A DNA stretch of 64,000 nt from Candidatus Caldarchaeum sp. (GCA_033580815.1 JAVQUC010000001.1:93259-157258); one strand, 5' to 3'; shown: positions 52,832 to 62,437, numbered from the stretch's first letter. Numbers and translations: made by a program. The notes: generated from the letters alone by a model not told the origin.

Positions 52832-53836
52832 ATGAATGTGGAGCCTTTTGACGTATACGACATAACCATCATCGGGGCTGGCCCGACCGGGCTTTTCGCC
52901 GCCTTTTACGCCGCCGGCATGAGAGGTATGAAGACAAAGGTCATCGAAGCATTGGACACCTACGGAGGCCAGCTCACGACTCTCTATCCGGACAAATTCA
53001 TCTACGACGTAGCTGGACATCCGAAGATTCTAGCGAAAGACCTCGCAAAATTTCTATACGAACAAGCGGCGGCTTACAAGCCGACATTCCTCTACAACGA
53101 AAAAGTAATCAACCTATCCCGACTCGACGGCGGAATAATAGAGCTAACGACGGATAAAGGAGTTCATTTTTCGAAAACCGTTTTGATAGCTGCCGGCCAC
53201 GGTGCCTTCACACCGAGAAAGCTTGGCAACCCATCGGTCGAAAAATTTGAGAACAAAGGAGTATATTACACAGTCAAGGACCGTTGGTCGTTTAAAGATA
53301 AACGGATAATGATTGTCGGGGGCGGCGACTCGGCGGTCGACTGGGCTCTAAACCTGAAGGACATAGCCAAAGAGACTTACCTTGTTCATCGGAGGATGGA
53401 GTTTCGCGCCCATGAAGGAAGCGTCATCGAGCTTTTCCATTCACCTGTTAAGGTTCTGGTCCCTTACGAAGTCAAATCGGCTGATGGTGACGAGAAACTC
53501 GAAAGAGTCACGGTCTTCAACAACAAGACCGGTGAGGAGATGACTATTGAAATCGACGCCCTTATTCTTCAGCTTGGCCACATCGTTGACGTTTCGATTT
53601 TCAAGAAATGGGGGTTGGAAATGGAGGGGAACTTCATCAAGATAAACGGACGATGTGAAACAAACATTCCGGGAGTGTATGCGGCCGGGGATATAGCTCA
53701 ACAATCCGATTCCGTGAAGCTAGCCCTCCTCGTGGTCGGGTTTGGGCAAGCAGCCATCGCAGTGAACGTAGCCAAAAACTATATCGACCCCAAAGCCAGC
53801 TACTTCCCGGGCCACAGCTCCGAAAGAAGGATGTAG
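52832..53836 (+). CDS. thioredoxin-reductase-like ferredoxin-NADP+ oxidoreductase (YumC-type)
   Basis: 334 aa. FAD GXGXXG IIGAGPTG, second fold VGGGDSAVDWA, GDIA near the C-terminus. No CxxC redox pair, so TrxR itself is unlikely. Confidence 0.7.
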   Translation: MNVEPFDVYDITIIGAGPTGLFAAFYAAGMRGMKTKVIEALDTYGGQLTTLYPDKFIYDVAGHPKILAKDLAKFLYEQAAAYKPTFLYNEKVINLSRLDGGIIELTTDKGVHFSKTVLIAAGHGAFTPRKLGNPSVEKFENKGVYYTVKDRWSFKDKRIMIVGGGDSAVDWALNLKDIAKETYLVHRRMEFRAHEGSVIELFHSPVKVLVPYEVKSADGDEKLERVTVFNNKTGEEMTIEIDALILQLGHIVDVSIFKKWGLEMEGNFIKINGRCETNIPGVYAAGDIAQQSDSVKLALLVVGFGQAAIAVNVAKNYIDPKASYFPGHSSERRM

Positions 53837-53837
53837 T

Positions 53838-54785
53838 ATGAAGGCATACCTAAGCGGGGCTCTTCCAAGAACGGAAAGACTCATCAAAGCCTACAGAGAT
53901 TTCGCAAAAAATAAAATTTCGCAACGTGATCTATTGGATGAGGTCGGCAAGGTTTCGAGACAGTACATCGAAATCCAAGAAAAAAACCGCTTAACCTACA
54001 TCATCGATGGGATGATTACCTGGGACGACCCGTTGAGACCTTTCGCATCATCCCTGCGAAACGTCGAAATCGACGGAATTTCCCGCTGGTTCGACAACAA
54101 CTTCTTTTACAAAAAACCCGTCATCACAGGCGAAATATCGCTAAAAAATGATATCGACGAATCTATTTTTTTCCATAACCTAATTGATCAAAGGAAGAGG
54201 AAAATTGTTTTGCCTGAACCATATTCTTTCGCACGTTTGTCTGAGAACAGGTTTTACAAAAGGTTTGACGATTTAGTACTCGACGTGGCCGACGCTCTCG
54301 CTAAATTCGTTAACAGACTCGGCTCGTTCGCACAAATACAGCTAACATCACCATCGCTCGTTTACACCAAAGCTACCGAGGATGACTTCGAGAAGTCGAA
54401 AACCGCTGTGGAAACTGTTAAACGAAAAACGAGGGGAGAAATTTTCCTTCATCTGCCTTTTGGCTCCGCGGAAAATAAGTTGCAATACCTGCTTGAATTT
54501 GATGTCGAGATTTTAGGTATCGACATGTATAGGACGCCCGTCGAGGTGCTCAGTAAGCTTGACACGGATAAGTCACTGTATCTAGGGCTAATTAATGGGC
54601 GGAATACAGTGCTGGAAAACCCAGGTGATATTTTGAAGATGATTGACAGAGTTAAGAAAATCGCTGCGGTTAAGGAAATTCATGTTGGACCAAGCTGTGA
54701 GCTTGATTATCTACCGAGCGACTATGCTTTGAGGAAAATCGAGCTGATAGGAGAAATCCTGAAATCGGTGGGGTCCAATGGATAA
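53838..54785 (+). CDS. cobalamin-independent methionine synthase N-terminal-domain-like protein (split MetE)
   Basis: 315 aa, Meth_synt_1-like (DGMITWDDPLR, RWFDNNFFYKKP). An 8-nt overlap leads into the catalytic-domain gene. Confidence 0.7.
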   Translation: MKAYLSGALPRTERLIKAYRDFAKNKISQRDLLDEVGKVSRQYIEIQEKNRLTYIIDGMITWDDPLRPFASSLRNVEIDGISRWFDNNFFYKKPVITGEISLKNDIDESIFFHNLIDQRKRKIVLPEPYSFARLSENRFYKRFDDLVLDVADALAKFVNRLGSFAQIQLTSPSLVYTKATEDDFEKSKTAVETVKRKTRGEIFLHLPFGSAENKLQYLLEFDVEILGIDMYRTPVEVLSKLDTDKSLYLGLINGRNTVLENPGDILKMIDRVKKIAAVKEIHVGPSCELDYLPSDYALRKIELIGEILKSVGSNG

Positions 54786-55893
54786 GATTTTTCCAGTCAT
54801 GGAGGTTGGGAGCCTCAACAAGGCTCCTTTTCGGGTTAGAGACCGGTCGAAGGCGGTTGCCGAAGCTAAAAGATGGGGCGAGCTTCTTAGAGTGGAGAAT
54901 CACGAGGAGCTCTTAAACGTTTTGACCGAGAACCGTGTTGACGACGAACGCTTGGTTGATTGGGCCTGTTTGTATGGTTTGCGTTTCTTCGAATCAGCTG
55001 GGCTTGACATAGTTTACGACGGTGAGCAGAGGCGCGTCGAGATGTACGAACACCCACTTCAGTATGTTGAAGGGTTTGAGTTCCGCGGCGTTGTTCGCGT
55101 CTGGGATAACGAATTTTATCGAAAAGCGGCGATCATTAGTAGACCACGGCTGCTGAGGCCTTATCATCTCGACGAGCTGCAGTTTAACAAACGGCATGCG
55201 AGAAAGCCTTTGAAGGTTCCGGTTACGTCGGCTTATACACTCGCCGACTGGTCCTTCGACGAGTACTACGTTATGAGAGCGTCTGGTCGTGATTTTTTGG
55301 AGAAATCAACCGCCGCAAAAAGAGAATTCGTCCTCGACCTAACGGAACAAGTCATAAGGCCTGTTTTGAAGGCTCTTGACGAAGAGGGGGTCGACTACAT
55401 ACAGTTGGACGAACCAGCTGCCGCCACCAAACCTTATGAATCTGACCTAGTTGTCGAAAGCATCAACATGGCGGTGAAAGGCCTTCGGTCAAAGATAGCT
55501 GTACACATCTGTTACACGGACTACGAGTCTCTATTCCCCGCGCTTCTCGAGCTAAAGGCCGACGTTCTCTCGATTTCATGTTCAAACGCGGACAGCAAGA
55601 CGCCAGGCGTTGAGCCCGAGAAGAGAAAGGGGTTTGAAATTCTGAAAGTTTTTCGAGAATATGATTGCCCGTTTAAATTAGCTCCCGGCCTCATAGACGT
55701 ACACACCGATTTTGTTGAACCCGCTGATCTAGTACGGGACCGGCTTCTCTACGCGGTGAAACTGGTCGGAGAGCCGGGGAAGCTCGTCGCTTGCAACGAT
55801 TGCGGCCTGAGGACCCGGAGTTGGGATGTTGCCTACAAGAAGCAGTTGAACCTCGTGGCAGGAACAGCTTTGGCCCGGCAAGAATATGGCTAG
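54778..55893 (+). CDS. metE: cobalamin-independent methionine synthase catalytic-domain protein (MetE C-terminal type)
   Basis: 371 aa, Meth_synt_2-like. IQLDEPA, with Zn ligands in HICYTDY and CNDCGL. Confidence 0.75.
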   Translation: MDKIFPVMEVGSLNKAPFRVRDRSKAVAEAKRWGELLRVENHEELLNVLTENRVDDERLVDWACLYGLRFFESAGLDIVYDGEQRRVEMYEHPLQYVEGFEFRGVVRVWDNEFYRKAAIISRPRLLRPYHLDELQFNKRHARKPLKVPVTSAYTLADWSFDEYYVMRASGRDFLEKSTAAKREFVLDLTEQVIRPVLKALDEEGVDYIQLDEPAAATKPYESDLVVESINMAVKGLRSKIAVHICYTDYESLFPALLELKADVLSISCSNADSKTPGVEPEKRKGFEILKVFREYDCPFKLAPGLIDVHTDFVEPADLVRDRLLYAVKLVGEPGKLVACNDCGLRTRSWDVAYKKQLNLVAGTALARQEYG

Positions 55894-55894
55894 G

Positions 55895-56383
55895 TCACTT
55901 CTTCTCCTCGGTTTTTTGTTGTGTGCCGGCTGTGGCTGCTGCTTTCCTCGATACGCCGACGGTCATTCCCGTTCTACCCGTCGTCCTGGTTCTCTGTCCT
56001 CTAACTTTTAGCCCTAGCGAATGACGAATTCCCTTCCAGCTTTTCGTCCTCATCATCGTCTGGATGTCCTCCTTTATCATGAGTTCGAGGTCCGCCCCTA
56101 TCAGATGACGGTTTTCACCGCTGGCGGGGTCGAAGCGCCTGTTGACCATCCACGCGGGTATCCCGTGTTTAATAGGGTTTCTCGCAATCTGCTCAATCTT
56201 TTCCACTTGTTTCTCGCTGAGGCTACCTAACCTGGTCTGCGGGTCAATTCCAGCTATCCTAGCTATGGCGTAACCGAGGTTCACTCCTATTCCCTTGACT
56301 CTGGCTAAGGCGTACGGTATCTGAAGGGTACCATCTATGTCAGTGTTAAGGACGCGCACGATGAGTTTGAAGTCTTTGGACAT
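55895..56383 (-). CDS. rps13: ribosomal protein S13 (uS13)
   Basis: Homology starts at MSKDFKLIVRVLNTDIDGTLQIPYALARVKGIG (ATG 56383). The track ORF extension to 56617 is antisense to the SDR gene. Confidence 0.9.
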   Translation of the reverse strand: MSKDFKLIVRVLNTDIDGTLQIPYALARVKGIGVNLGYAIARIAGIDPQTRLGSLSEKQVEKIEQIARNPIKHGIPAWMVNRRFDPASGENRHLIGADLELMIKEDIQTMMRTKSWKGIRHSLGLKVRGQRTRTTGRTGMTVGVSRKAAATAGTQQKTEEKK

Positions 56384-56406
56384 CTGGTGGGTTATTGGGT
56401 CGCGTC

Positions 56407-56413
56407 TATATAA
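56407..56413. promoter_or_regulatory. shared near-palindromic TATA box (TATATAA) between divergent rps13 and SDR genes
   Basis: Centre (56410) is 27 nt from rps13 ATG 56383 and 26 nt from SDR ATG 56436. Confidence 0.5.
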
Positions 56414-56435
56414 GTGTGCAAGATGTTTTTCGCCC

Positions 56436-57206
56436 ATGGGTTTGCTCGATGGGAAGCGTTGTGTTGTCACGGGCGCTTCAGGAGGGGTTGGAAGGGCTGT
56501 CGTAGAAGAATTACTTAGGGAGGGGGCGCATGTCGCCGCCGGCGCTAGACGAGTTTCAGTGCTGGAAAAATGTTCCGAAGAATGGAGGAGAAAGTTTTCC
56601 AGCGAGCGTATTTCCACGAATTACCTGGATGTTTCCGACGAAAAATCTGTTTCAGACTTTGTCAAATCTGTTGTTGATGTGTTCGGAGGCGTCGACGCCG
56701 TGGTCAACGTGGCTGGATACGTCTTCGAACCCCAAATATGGAACAAGCGGTTGGCCGAAACATCAGCCGATGAGATACTAGCGGTCTTTAAGGTCGACGT
56801 CCTCGGCTCCTTCTTGATGGTCAAGCATACGGTTCGGATTATGAAAAAACAGAGATACGGAGTTTTCGTCAACTTCAGCTCGACGCCGGCCATCACGGGA
56901 TACGACCGTGGACTGCCATACACCCTCGCTAAATCGGCCATCATCGGACTAACAAAGCATATCGCATGGGAGTATGGAAGGTACGGAATCAGGGCGTACA
57001 CCCTAGCTCTAGGCAGCATAGAGACGGAACCCTCTGTCAAATGGCTTAGCAGAAGCGAATACGAAGCGCTTGCTCGCGAAAGCCCGCTGGGAAGATGGGG
57101 CAAGCCCGAGGAAGTTGCCGCTGTGGCGGCTTTCCTCTGCTCTGAAAAGCCGAGCTTCGTCAACGGCCAGACCATCGTGGTTGATGGAGGCGCGGTTTTG
57201 TATTAG
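56436..57206 (+). CDS. short-chain dehydrogenase/reductase (SDR)
   Basis: Homology starts at MGLLDGKRCVVTGASGGVGRA (ATG 56436). Catalytic YTLAKSA (YxxxK) is present. Confidence 0.85.
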   Translation: MGLLDGKRCVVTGASGGVGRAVVEELLREGAHVAAGARRVSVLEKCSEEWRRKFSSERISTNYLDVSDEKSVSDFVKSVVDVFGGVDAVVNVAGYVFEPQIWNKRLAETSADEILAVFKVDVLGSFLMVKHTVRIMKKQRYGVFVNFSSTPAITGYDRGLPYTLAKSAIIGLTKHIAWEYGRYGIRAYTLALGSIETEPSVKWLSRSEYEALARESPLGRWGKPEEVAAVAAFLCSEKPSFVNGQTIVVDGGAVLY

Positions 57207-57251
57207 CAACACTTATAAAAGACATGGCATGAAAGAGATGATGGTAAAACC

Positions 57252-57557
57252 ATGGCGATACAAGGGATTGAATGGATTGTCGTGGCTGTGGTTTTAATTA
57301 TTCTGTTCCTTTGGGGGCCTGAAAAGCTTCCGAAGATCGCGAGGTCTATAGGTCAGGCGAAGAAGGAGTTTGAAAGGGCACAGCGTGGCCTCGAGGAAGA
57401 TATAGCAAAGGCTGCAGCTCCCGCTCCCGCTGCTTCGCAAACAACTCCAGACGACAAGTTGATTGAAGTGGCTAGGGCATTAAACATACCGACAGAAGGA
57501 AAAACACGCGATGAAATCGCAAAGGCCATAGTTGAAAAATCTCAGAAGACCAATTAA
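57252..57557 (+). CDS. tatA: twin-arginine translocase subunit TatA/E
   Basis: 101 aa. N-terminal TM plus amphipathic helix: IEWIVVAVVLIILFLWGPEKLPKIARSIGQAKKEF. Confidence 0.85.
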   Translation: MAIQGIEWIVVAVVLIILFLWGPEKLPKIARSIGQAKKEFERAQRGLEEDIAKAAAPAPAASQTTPDDKLIEVARALNIPTEGKTRDEIAKAIVEKSQKTN

Positions 57558-57596
57558 CATTAAATTATTTCTCGGCGCATGATGGTTGGGCTGTAG

Positions 57597-58460
57597 TTGA
57601 GCAAAGACAAGGAGATGCCCCTTATCGAGCACATCCGTGAGCTAAAGGACCGTGTAAAGGTAATCATCATCTCGTTTATAGTTGCTCTGATATTTTGGCT
57701 CGCCTTTCCCGCGGATTTGACCGCGATAGGCTCAAACCCGGAATTCTACGAACCCATGGTATCGTTAATTCTCAAGAGAATAGTTCAAGACGTTGGAGCC
57801 GGCCGCATACAAATCATTGGGTGCAGCATGACCTCACCCCTCGAAATTATCTTTCTTTCAGCCGCGTTTCTCGCGATAGCCACTATTATGCCGGTGATCG
57901 GATACGAAACATACGCTTACGTCGACCCGGCGCTGTACCCTCATGAAAGAAAGCTCATCTACGGTTTCACCCTGGCTTTCGTCGCCCTCTTCGCCGCCGG
58001 CGGATTGTTCGGCTACTTCATAGCCGCACCACTCATCATGAGAGCTATGATATTTTTCTTTGAACTCGCTGGAATCGTTCCAACGGTATGCGCCATGGAT
58101 TTCTACAGCCTTGTTTTCACCACTGTTCTCCTTATCGGAGTGGTGTTCACTTCACCAGCGATCGTGGTTTTGCTTGTTCGATTTGGGGTCATAAGCACCA
58201 ACTTGATAACGCGTAACAGGCTCTACGTGTATGGTCTGCTATACATTCTTGTGGCGCTCATCACCCCGGATGGATGGCTTGTGGGCAACGCTGTACTGTT
58301 TCTACCGCTTGTGACGCTCATCGAATCTTCGATCTTCGTCGCCAAAAGGATCGAGAGGAGGCGGCTTCAAAACACGTTTGTCGGCCACTGCAAATTCTGC
58401 GGGACCGGTTTACGGGAGGGAGAGCTCTTCTGTAGCAAATGTGGAAGAGCTCAAGAATGA
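57597..58460 (+). CDS. tatC: twin-arginine translocase subunit TatC with C-terminal zinc-ribbon extension
   Basis: 287 aa with PLIEHIRELKDR and 6 TM. The tail is CKFCGTGLREGELFCSKCG. Confidence 0.85.
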   Translation: MSKDKEMPLIEHIRELKDRVKVIIISFIVALIFWLAFPADLTAIGSNPEFYEPMVSLILKRIVQDVGAGRIQIIGCSMTSPLEIIFLSAAFLAIATIMPVIGYETYAYVDPALYPHERKLIYGFTLAFVALFAAGGLFGYFIAAPLIMRAMIFFFELAGIVPTVCAMDFYSLVFTTVLLIGVVFTSPAIVVLLVRFGVISTNLITRNRLYVYGLLYILVALITPDGWLVGNAVLFLPLVTLIESSIFVAKRIERRRLQNTFVGHCKFCGTGLREGELFCSKCGRAQE

Positions 58461-59069
58461 TAGGACGAAATAAGCTGTGTTGTTGGTGCCATGGATTATG
58501 ATCGCGGGAGTTATCGAATTCGTTCTATTGACTGAGTAGGCAGTGAACATTCCGATTACGAAAGTGGGTAAGATGCGTGCAACGTCGAAATGGCTGAGGG
58601 CGAATATGGTTGATGAGCAAACTAAGGCCTTCCTAGCGCCGACAATCTTTCTCAGCTTCATATGAATGATTCCGCGGAAGATTATTTCTTCAGCGGGTGC
58701 GACTAAAAAAAGAGAGAAAGCGATCGCCGTCAGAAACTGAGTCAAGTTTGAAGGCCTAAGTGATTCAATCTTTTCGGCGTACTCCGGAGACGGCGGAATT
58801 ACCGTAGATGAGAGAAGGGATGCCGTGAAAGCTGCTGCTGTTGCAAATGGCGCAAAAATCAACCCTGTGCAAAAACCTTTCAAGGACTTAACTGAATGGT
58901 CGAAGAGACGTGTCCTCTGCAGTGTGACTGCGAGAGAGAAAAGGAGAATTTGAGGCAGCCAGATAGGGTTTAGGTGAAATATGTCGGCAAGGTATCCGCC
59001 CAAAGAAAGTACCGCCAACACAAATAGCATCACCAAAATTATGTCCGTGATCTCATCGAATTTGTTCAT
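58410..59069 (-). CDS. CPBP-family intramembrane glutamic endopeptidase (CAAX protease-like)
   Basis: 219 aa. Motifs APAEEIIFRG, FALSHF and HGTNN. Confidence 0.8.
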   Translation of the reverse strand: MNKFDEITDIILVMLFVLAVLSLGGYLADIFHLNPIWLPQILLFSLAVTLQRTRLFDHSVKSLKGFCTGLIFAPFATAAAFTASLLSSTVIPPSPEYAEKIESLRPSNLTQFLTAIAFSLFLVAPAEEIIFRGIIHMKLRKIVGARKALVCSSTIFALSHFDVARILPTFVIGMFTAYSVNRTNSITPAIIIHGTNNTAYFVLSFLSSSTFATEELSLP

Positions 59070-59374
59070 CTTTTCCGCGTCACCGCCCTCACAGTGCCTG
59101 ATACTCTGATTGTTTTGAGGACGGCTTTTTGCCCCTCAATTTCCCTGATTAGCGATACGGCTAATACAAGCTTAGGCAGCCATTCGTGGCTACAACAAAA
59201 AACATGCATCCTTCCTGATTGAACTCTCCTCAAACCCGACGATGCCAGCCCGTTCAAGCCGTAGAGCCTTGTAAACGAATCTTTAACAGCCTTTTCTACC
59301 GCGTTCCCGCCGAACTTCTGGGCATCGGAAAGGAGAACGTATCTTCTGCGTTGTTTGAAAATAAGCCTACTCAA
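59066..59374 (-). CDS. rnp2: RNase P protein component 2 (Pop5/Rpp14)
   Basis: 102 aa with KQRRRYVLL and IRVSGTVRA. Lies downstream of Rpp30, as in the archaeal superoperon. Confidence 0.7.
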   Translation of the reverse strand: MSRLIFKQRRRYVLLSDAQKFGGNAVEKAVKDSFTRLYGLNGLASSGLRRVQSGRMHVFCCSHEWLPKLVLAVSLIREIEGQKAVLKTIRVSGTVRAVTRKR

Positions 59375-59987
59375 ACAGCCTATCCCTCAAAATGCTAAGG
59401 GGAGTGCTGGACACCGATTCCTGGCAGCTGTTCTTTCGACTCGTTAATGCAGCTGCAACCAACGCGAGCTGTTGAGGAGGAATAATTTCTTCAACATCAG
59501 ACGCGCCGCTCGACATTACTATTCTGCGACCGGCCGAAGCTGCCTTTCCAACGAAATCAATCAGAGTTCTCCATCTTTTTTCATCTTCGAAACAGGCTGC
59601 TAACTCGGCAACAGATACTTCAACGGCGTTGCTGAAAACAGCGTGAACATGTCGGTCGAATTCGGCTATCTCACCATGGACCATGACTGTAGCAACCCGT
59701 TCATCTTTGCACGCCGTCATAAGAGCTTCCCTGCTAAGAGGTTTGATGCATAAGATAGCTTTACCCACGCAATCCCTCGCCGCCTCTAAAACATTGCCTC
59801 GACTTTGTGCCTCGACCACAACTTTGGGGTAGACACGGATTCCGGAAAAAATACCAGGCCGAACACGGGGATTAACCACACAGGCCCGCGTAAAACCAAA
59901 CATCGATAGCCGAGTTGCAATACCCTCATCTAATTTTTCTATATGAAAGTCTACGTATTCCCTAACCAATTTTGGACTTCTCTCCAA
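59367..59987 (-). CDS. rnp3: RNase P protein component 3 (Rpp30)
   Basis: 206 aa, TIM-barrel-like. Assignment relies on position between UPF0201 and Pop5; family-level similarity only. Confidence 0.6.
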   Translation of the reverse strand: MERSPKLVREYVDFHIEKLDEGIATRLSMFGFTRACVVNPRVRPGIFSGIRVYPKVVVEAQSRGNVLEAARDCVGKAILCIKPLSREALMTACKDERVATVMVHGEIAEFDRHVHAVFSNAVEVSVAELAACFEDEKRWRTLIDFVGKAASAGRRIVMSSGASDVEEIIPPQQLALVAAALTSRKNSCQESVSSTPLSILRDRLFE

Positions 59988-60352
59988 TTGCCGATGTAAC
60001 TGAATTCGAGCTTGACGGGGTCTACATCTTCCGTTACGAGCTGATTTTGAAGAGCCTTCTGCTTGTCGAGTCGTATATGGAGCTTTCCTCCTCCGCCCGG
60101 CCTTTCTTCAACCCCGACTGAGTCAAAGCCGACCACCCTGACGACCCTCTGGAAAACTGAACCGGCTTCCTCCCCATCTTCGACAAGATATTCCAAAACC
60201 GTTATGGGGTCTCCGAAATGGCCCAGAATCTTCGTTTTTTTCACCGAGTAGGAGACGTTCTGTAGAATCTTTCTGACCGCTTCGCTGACCTTGTCCGGGT
60301 TTTCTGTGGCGTACACATGAACCCTGCAATTGAGGCGGTGGAACTTGAACAT
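59951..60352 (-). CDS. UPF0201/COG1931 predicted RNA-binding protein
   Basis: 133 aa with VHVYATENPDKVSEAVRKIL, resembling the PTEDxxKV motif. Conserved neighbour of L15e and Rpp30. Confidence 0.55.
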   Translation of the reverse strand: MFKFHRLNCRVHVYATENPDKVSEAVRKILQNVSYSVKKTKILGHFGDPITVLEYLVEDGEEAGSVFQRVVRVVGFDSVGVEERPGGGGKLHIRLDKQKALQNQLVTEDVDPVKLEFSYIGNWREVQNWLGNT

Positions 60353-60414
60353 CCGACTGCAGTGCGTCTTTCGGGTTATTAGGTTTTCAAGTTTAAGAGC
60401 AACCTGTCAATGCC

Positions 60415-60852
60415 ATGGATGGGTTGACGACGGTTTACAGATTAATCGGAGATTTTTGGCGCCAAAGGTCTGACACGCTCCGCTCGTTGTTACGTCAGAG
60501 GATGGTTGAGTGGAGGAAAGAAAAAGCGGTCGTGAGGGTTGATAAGCCGCTGCGTCTCGACCGTGCTAGAAGTCTGGGTTACAAGGCGAAGCAGGGGTAC
60601 ATCATCCTGCGTGTTCGTGTAAGACGCGGGGGTTTCAGCAAACCACGCCCGAGAGCCGGCAGAAGGCAGAAAACACTCGGTGTAGTTAGGCATAAAGTCA
60701 ACGTATCAATGAAGGAGGAGGCCCTTCAGAGAGTTCGTAAACATTTTCCAAATCTCGAGACTTTAGGAGCTTACCCCCTCGCGGAAGATTCTCTCTACAG
60801 ATGGTATGAGGTTGTGGCCGTTGACCCGAATCATCCATCTGTCGCGAGCTGA
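60415..60852 (+). CDS. rpl15e: ribosomal protein L15e (eL15), short form
   Basis: 145 aa with LGYKAKQGYIILRVRVRRGG and YEVVAVDPNHP. Confidence 0.85.
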   Translation: MDGLTTVYRLIGDFWRQRSDTLRSLLRQRMVEWRKEKAVVRVDKPLRLDRARSLGYKAKQGYIILRVRVRRGGFSKPRPRAGRRQKTLGVVRHKVNVSMKEEALQRVRKHFPNLETLGAYPLAEDSLYRWYEVVAVDPNHPSVAS

Positions 60853-60863
60853 TTAAGCATGGC

Positions 60864-62081
60864 GTGCTTGTGATGGAAATCGCTGGAATCGTCGGCAAAC
60901 CAAACGTTGGCAAGAGCACGCTCTTTTCAGCATTGAGTCTCGTAAACGTAGAAATAGCCAACTACCCGTTTACAACGACCAAAACGAACGTCGGCGTGAC
61001 CTATGTCCGGGTTGACTGTGTCTGCAAAAAACTCGGTGTGAAGGACAACCCCAAAAACTCGATATGTGTTGACGGCGTCCGACTCGTCCCCATCCAGATA
61101 ATAGACTGCCCGGGTATCATAAGGGATGCCCACAAGGGGAAAGGGTTAGGCCTCAGATTTCTCGACGAAATTAGGCAGGCGTCTTTGTTGATAATTGTTG
61201 CGGATGCTTCCGGTGGCACGCTCGCTGACGGAACGCCCGCGGAGCCTTTCACACACGACCCTGTAGAGGATGTGGAGATGGTGTTGGACGAGTTCGATGC
61301 ATGGCTCGCTGAAATCATCGGACGCGATTGGCCGAGGATTTCGAGAGCTGCTGAGGCTAAACAGCTCTCTCTAACCGAGGAAATCGCTAAAAAGCTTTCT
61401 GGGCTCGGCGTCACCGAAGAGGATGTATCAGATGCGATAGTGGAAACTGGCGTCGACAAAGCGAAGCCGACCACCTGGACGCATGAGGAACTTTTGAAGC
61501 TGGCGTCAGCCATTAGACGGGCGACCAAGCCCGTAATTGTCGCTGCAAACAAATCTGATGTCGCGGGTTCTGAGAAGAACGTCGAAGCACTACGAAGAAA
61601 AGGGTTCGACGTTATCCCAGTTTCTGCCGAGGCAGAGAGAACTTTGCGTTTGGCAGCAGAGAAAGGACTCGTGATCTATATTCCCGGAGACTCGGACTTT
61701 AAAGTTCCGGACGAATCCAAACTTACCCCCGCACAGAAAAAAGCCCTAACCTACATTCGCGAAAACGTTTTCAGGAGATGGGGTGGGACAGGTGTTCAGC
61801 AGCTGATAAACAAAGCTTATCTCGAAAAACTGGGCTACATACCGGTATACCCGGTTGAGAACCCCAGAACTTTTTCAGACCACAACGGAAACATCCTTCC
61901 AGACGTCTACCTCATGCCATCCAATTCAACAGCCAGAGACCTTGCATACAAAATACACACCGAACTAGGCGAGGGGTTCCTTTACGCAGTCGACGCAGTC
62001 AGTGGAATGAGGCTCTCGGAAGACCAAAAGCTCAAACCTAATGATGTAATTTCTATAGTCTCGGCGAGAAAAAGAGGTTAA
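60864..62081 (+). CDS. ychF: Obg-like GTPase/ATPase of the YchF/OLA1 group with C-terminal TGS domain
   Basis: 405 aa. G1 GKPNVGKST, G3 DCPG, G4 NKSD. The C-terminal TGS-like segment ends in DVISIVS. Confidence 0.75.
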   Translation: MLVMEIAGIVGKPNVGKSTLFSALSLVNVEIANYPFTTTKTNVGVTYVRVDCVCKKLGVKDNPKNSICVDGVRLVPIQIIDCPGIIRDAHKGKGLGLRFLDEIRQASLLIIVADASGGTLADGTPAEPFTHDPVEDVEMVLDEFDAWLAEIIGRDWPRISRAAEAKQLSLTEEIAKKLSGLGVTEEDVSDAIVETGVDKAKPTTWTHEELLKLASAIRRATKPVIVAANKSDVAGSEKNVEALRRKGFDVIPVSAEAERTLRLAAEKGLVIYIPGDSDFKVPDESKLTPAQKKALTYIRENVFRRWGGTGVQQLINKAYLEKLGYIPVYPVENPRTFSDHNGNILPDVYLMPSNSTARDLAYKIHTELGEGFLYAVDAVSGMRLSEDQKLKPNDVISIVSARKRG

Positions 62082-62437
62082 ACGCCTTCTCTTAGGTAGT
62101 GGCCAGGCTGCTTTCTCGACCCGAAGCTTCTTATCCCTTTTTCATCGAGCTGTTTAAAAAGTGCGTCAGCCGTTTCTGGCGTTATTTCCCCACGGCGTAG
62201 AAGGTAAGTTATGACTTCCCGGCCCTGCTCCTCTGTGTCGCATCTCCTAAGATAATCTATCGCTGTCGGACTACCGCTGTGAACCTCTTTCTCAGCGAAA
62301 TTCGCCTCCGACCTTACGCCCAAAACCTTCAGTTCCATGCGGTGTTCCATCAGCTCCCGGTAGAGGGCTGGGAATCTTTTGCGAAACTCTTCCACGTCCG
62401 TCTCCAACTTTGCATCATCCCTCATGGACAGAAGCAA
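62078..62437 (-). CDS. conserved archaeal hypothetical protein (possibly DUF2095-like)
   Basis: 119 aa with FRKRFPALYRELM and IDYLRRCDTEEQGREVITYLLRRGEI. The family name is from memory only. Confidence 0.45.
   Translation of the reverse strand: MLLSMRDDAKLETDVEEFRKRFPALYRELMEHRMELKVLGVRSEANFAEKEVHSGSPTAIDYLRRCDTEEQGREVITYLLRRGEITPETADALFKQLDEKGIRSFGSRKQPGHYLREGV

Noticed and set aside
56384-56617. N-terminal extension of the S13 ORF
   Set aside because: It has no homology and runs antisense into the SDR gene. S13 begins at MSKDFKLIV (ATG 56383) with proper TATA spacing.
56621-57175. 184-aa minus-strand ORF
   Set aside because: It is antisense to the SDR gene, which has TGxxxGxG and YxxxK motifs. 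It is a shadow ORF.
61001-61552. 183-aa minus-strand ORF
   Set aside because: It is antisense to the YchF-like GTPase gene and has Ser/Thr-rich shadow composition.
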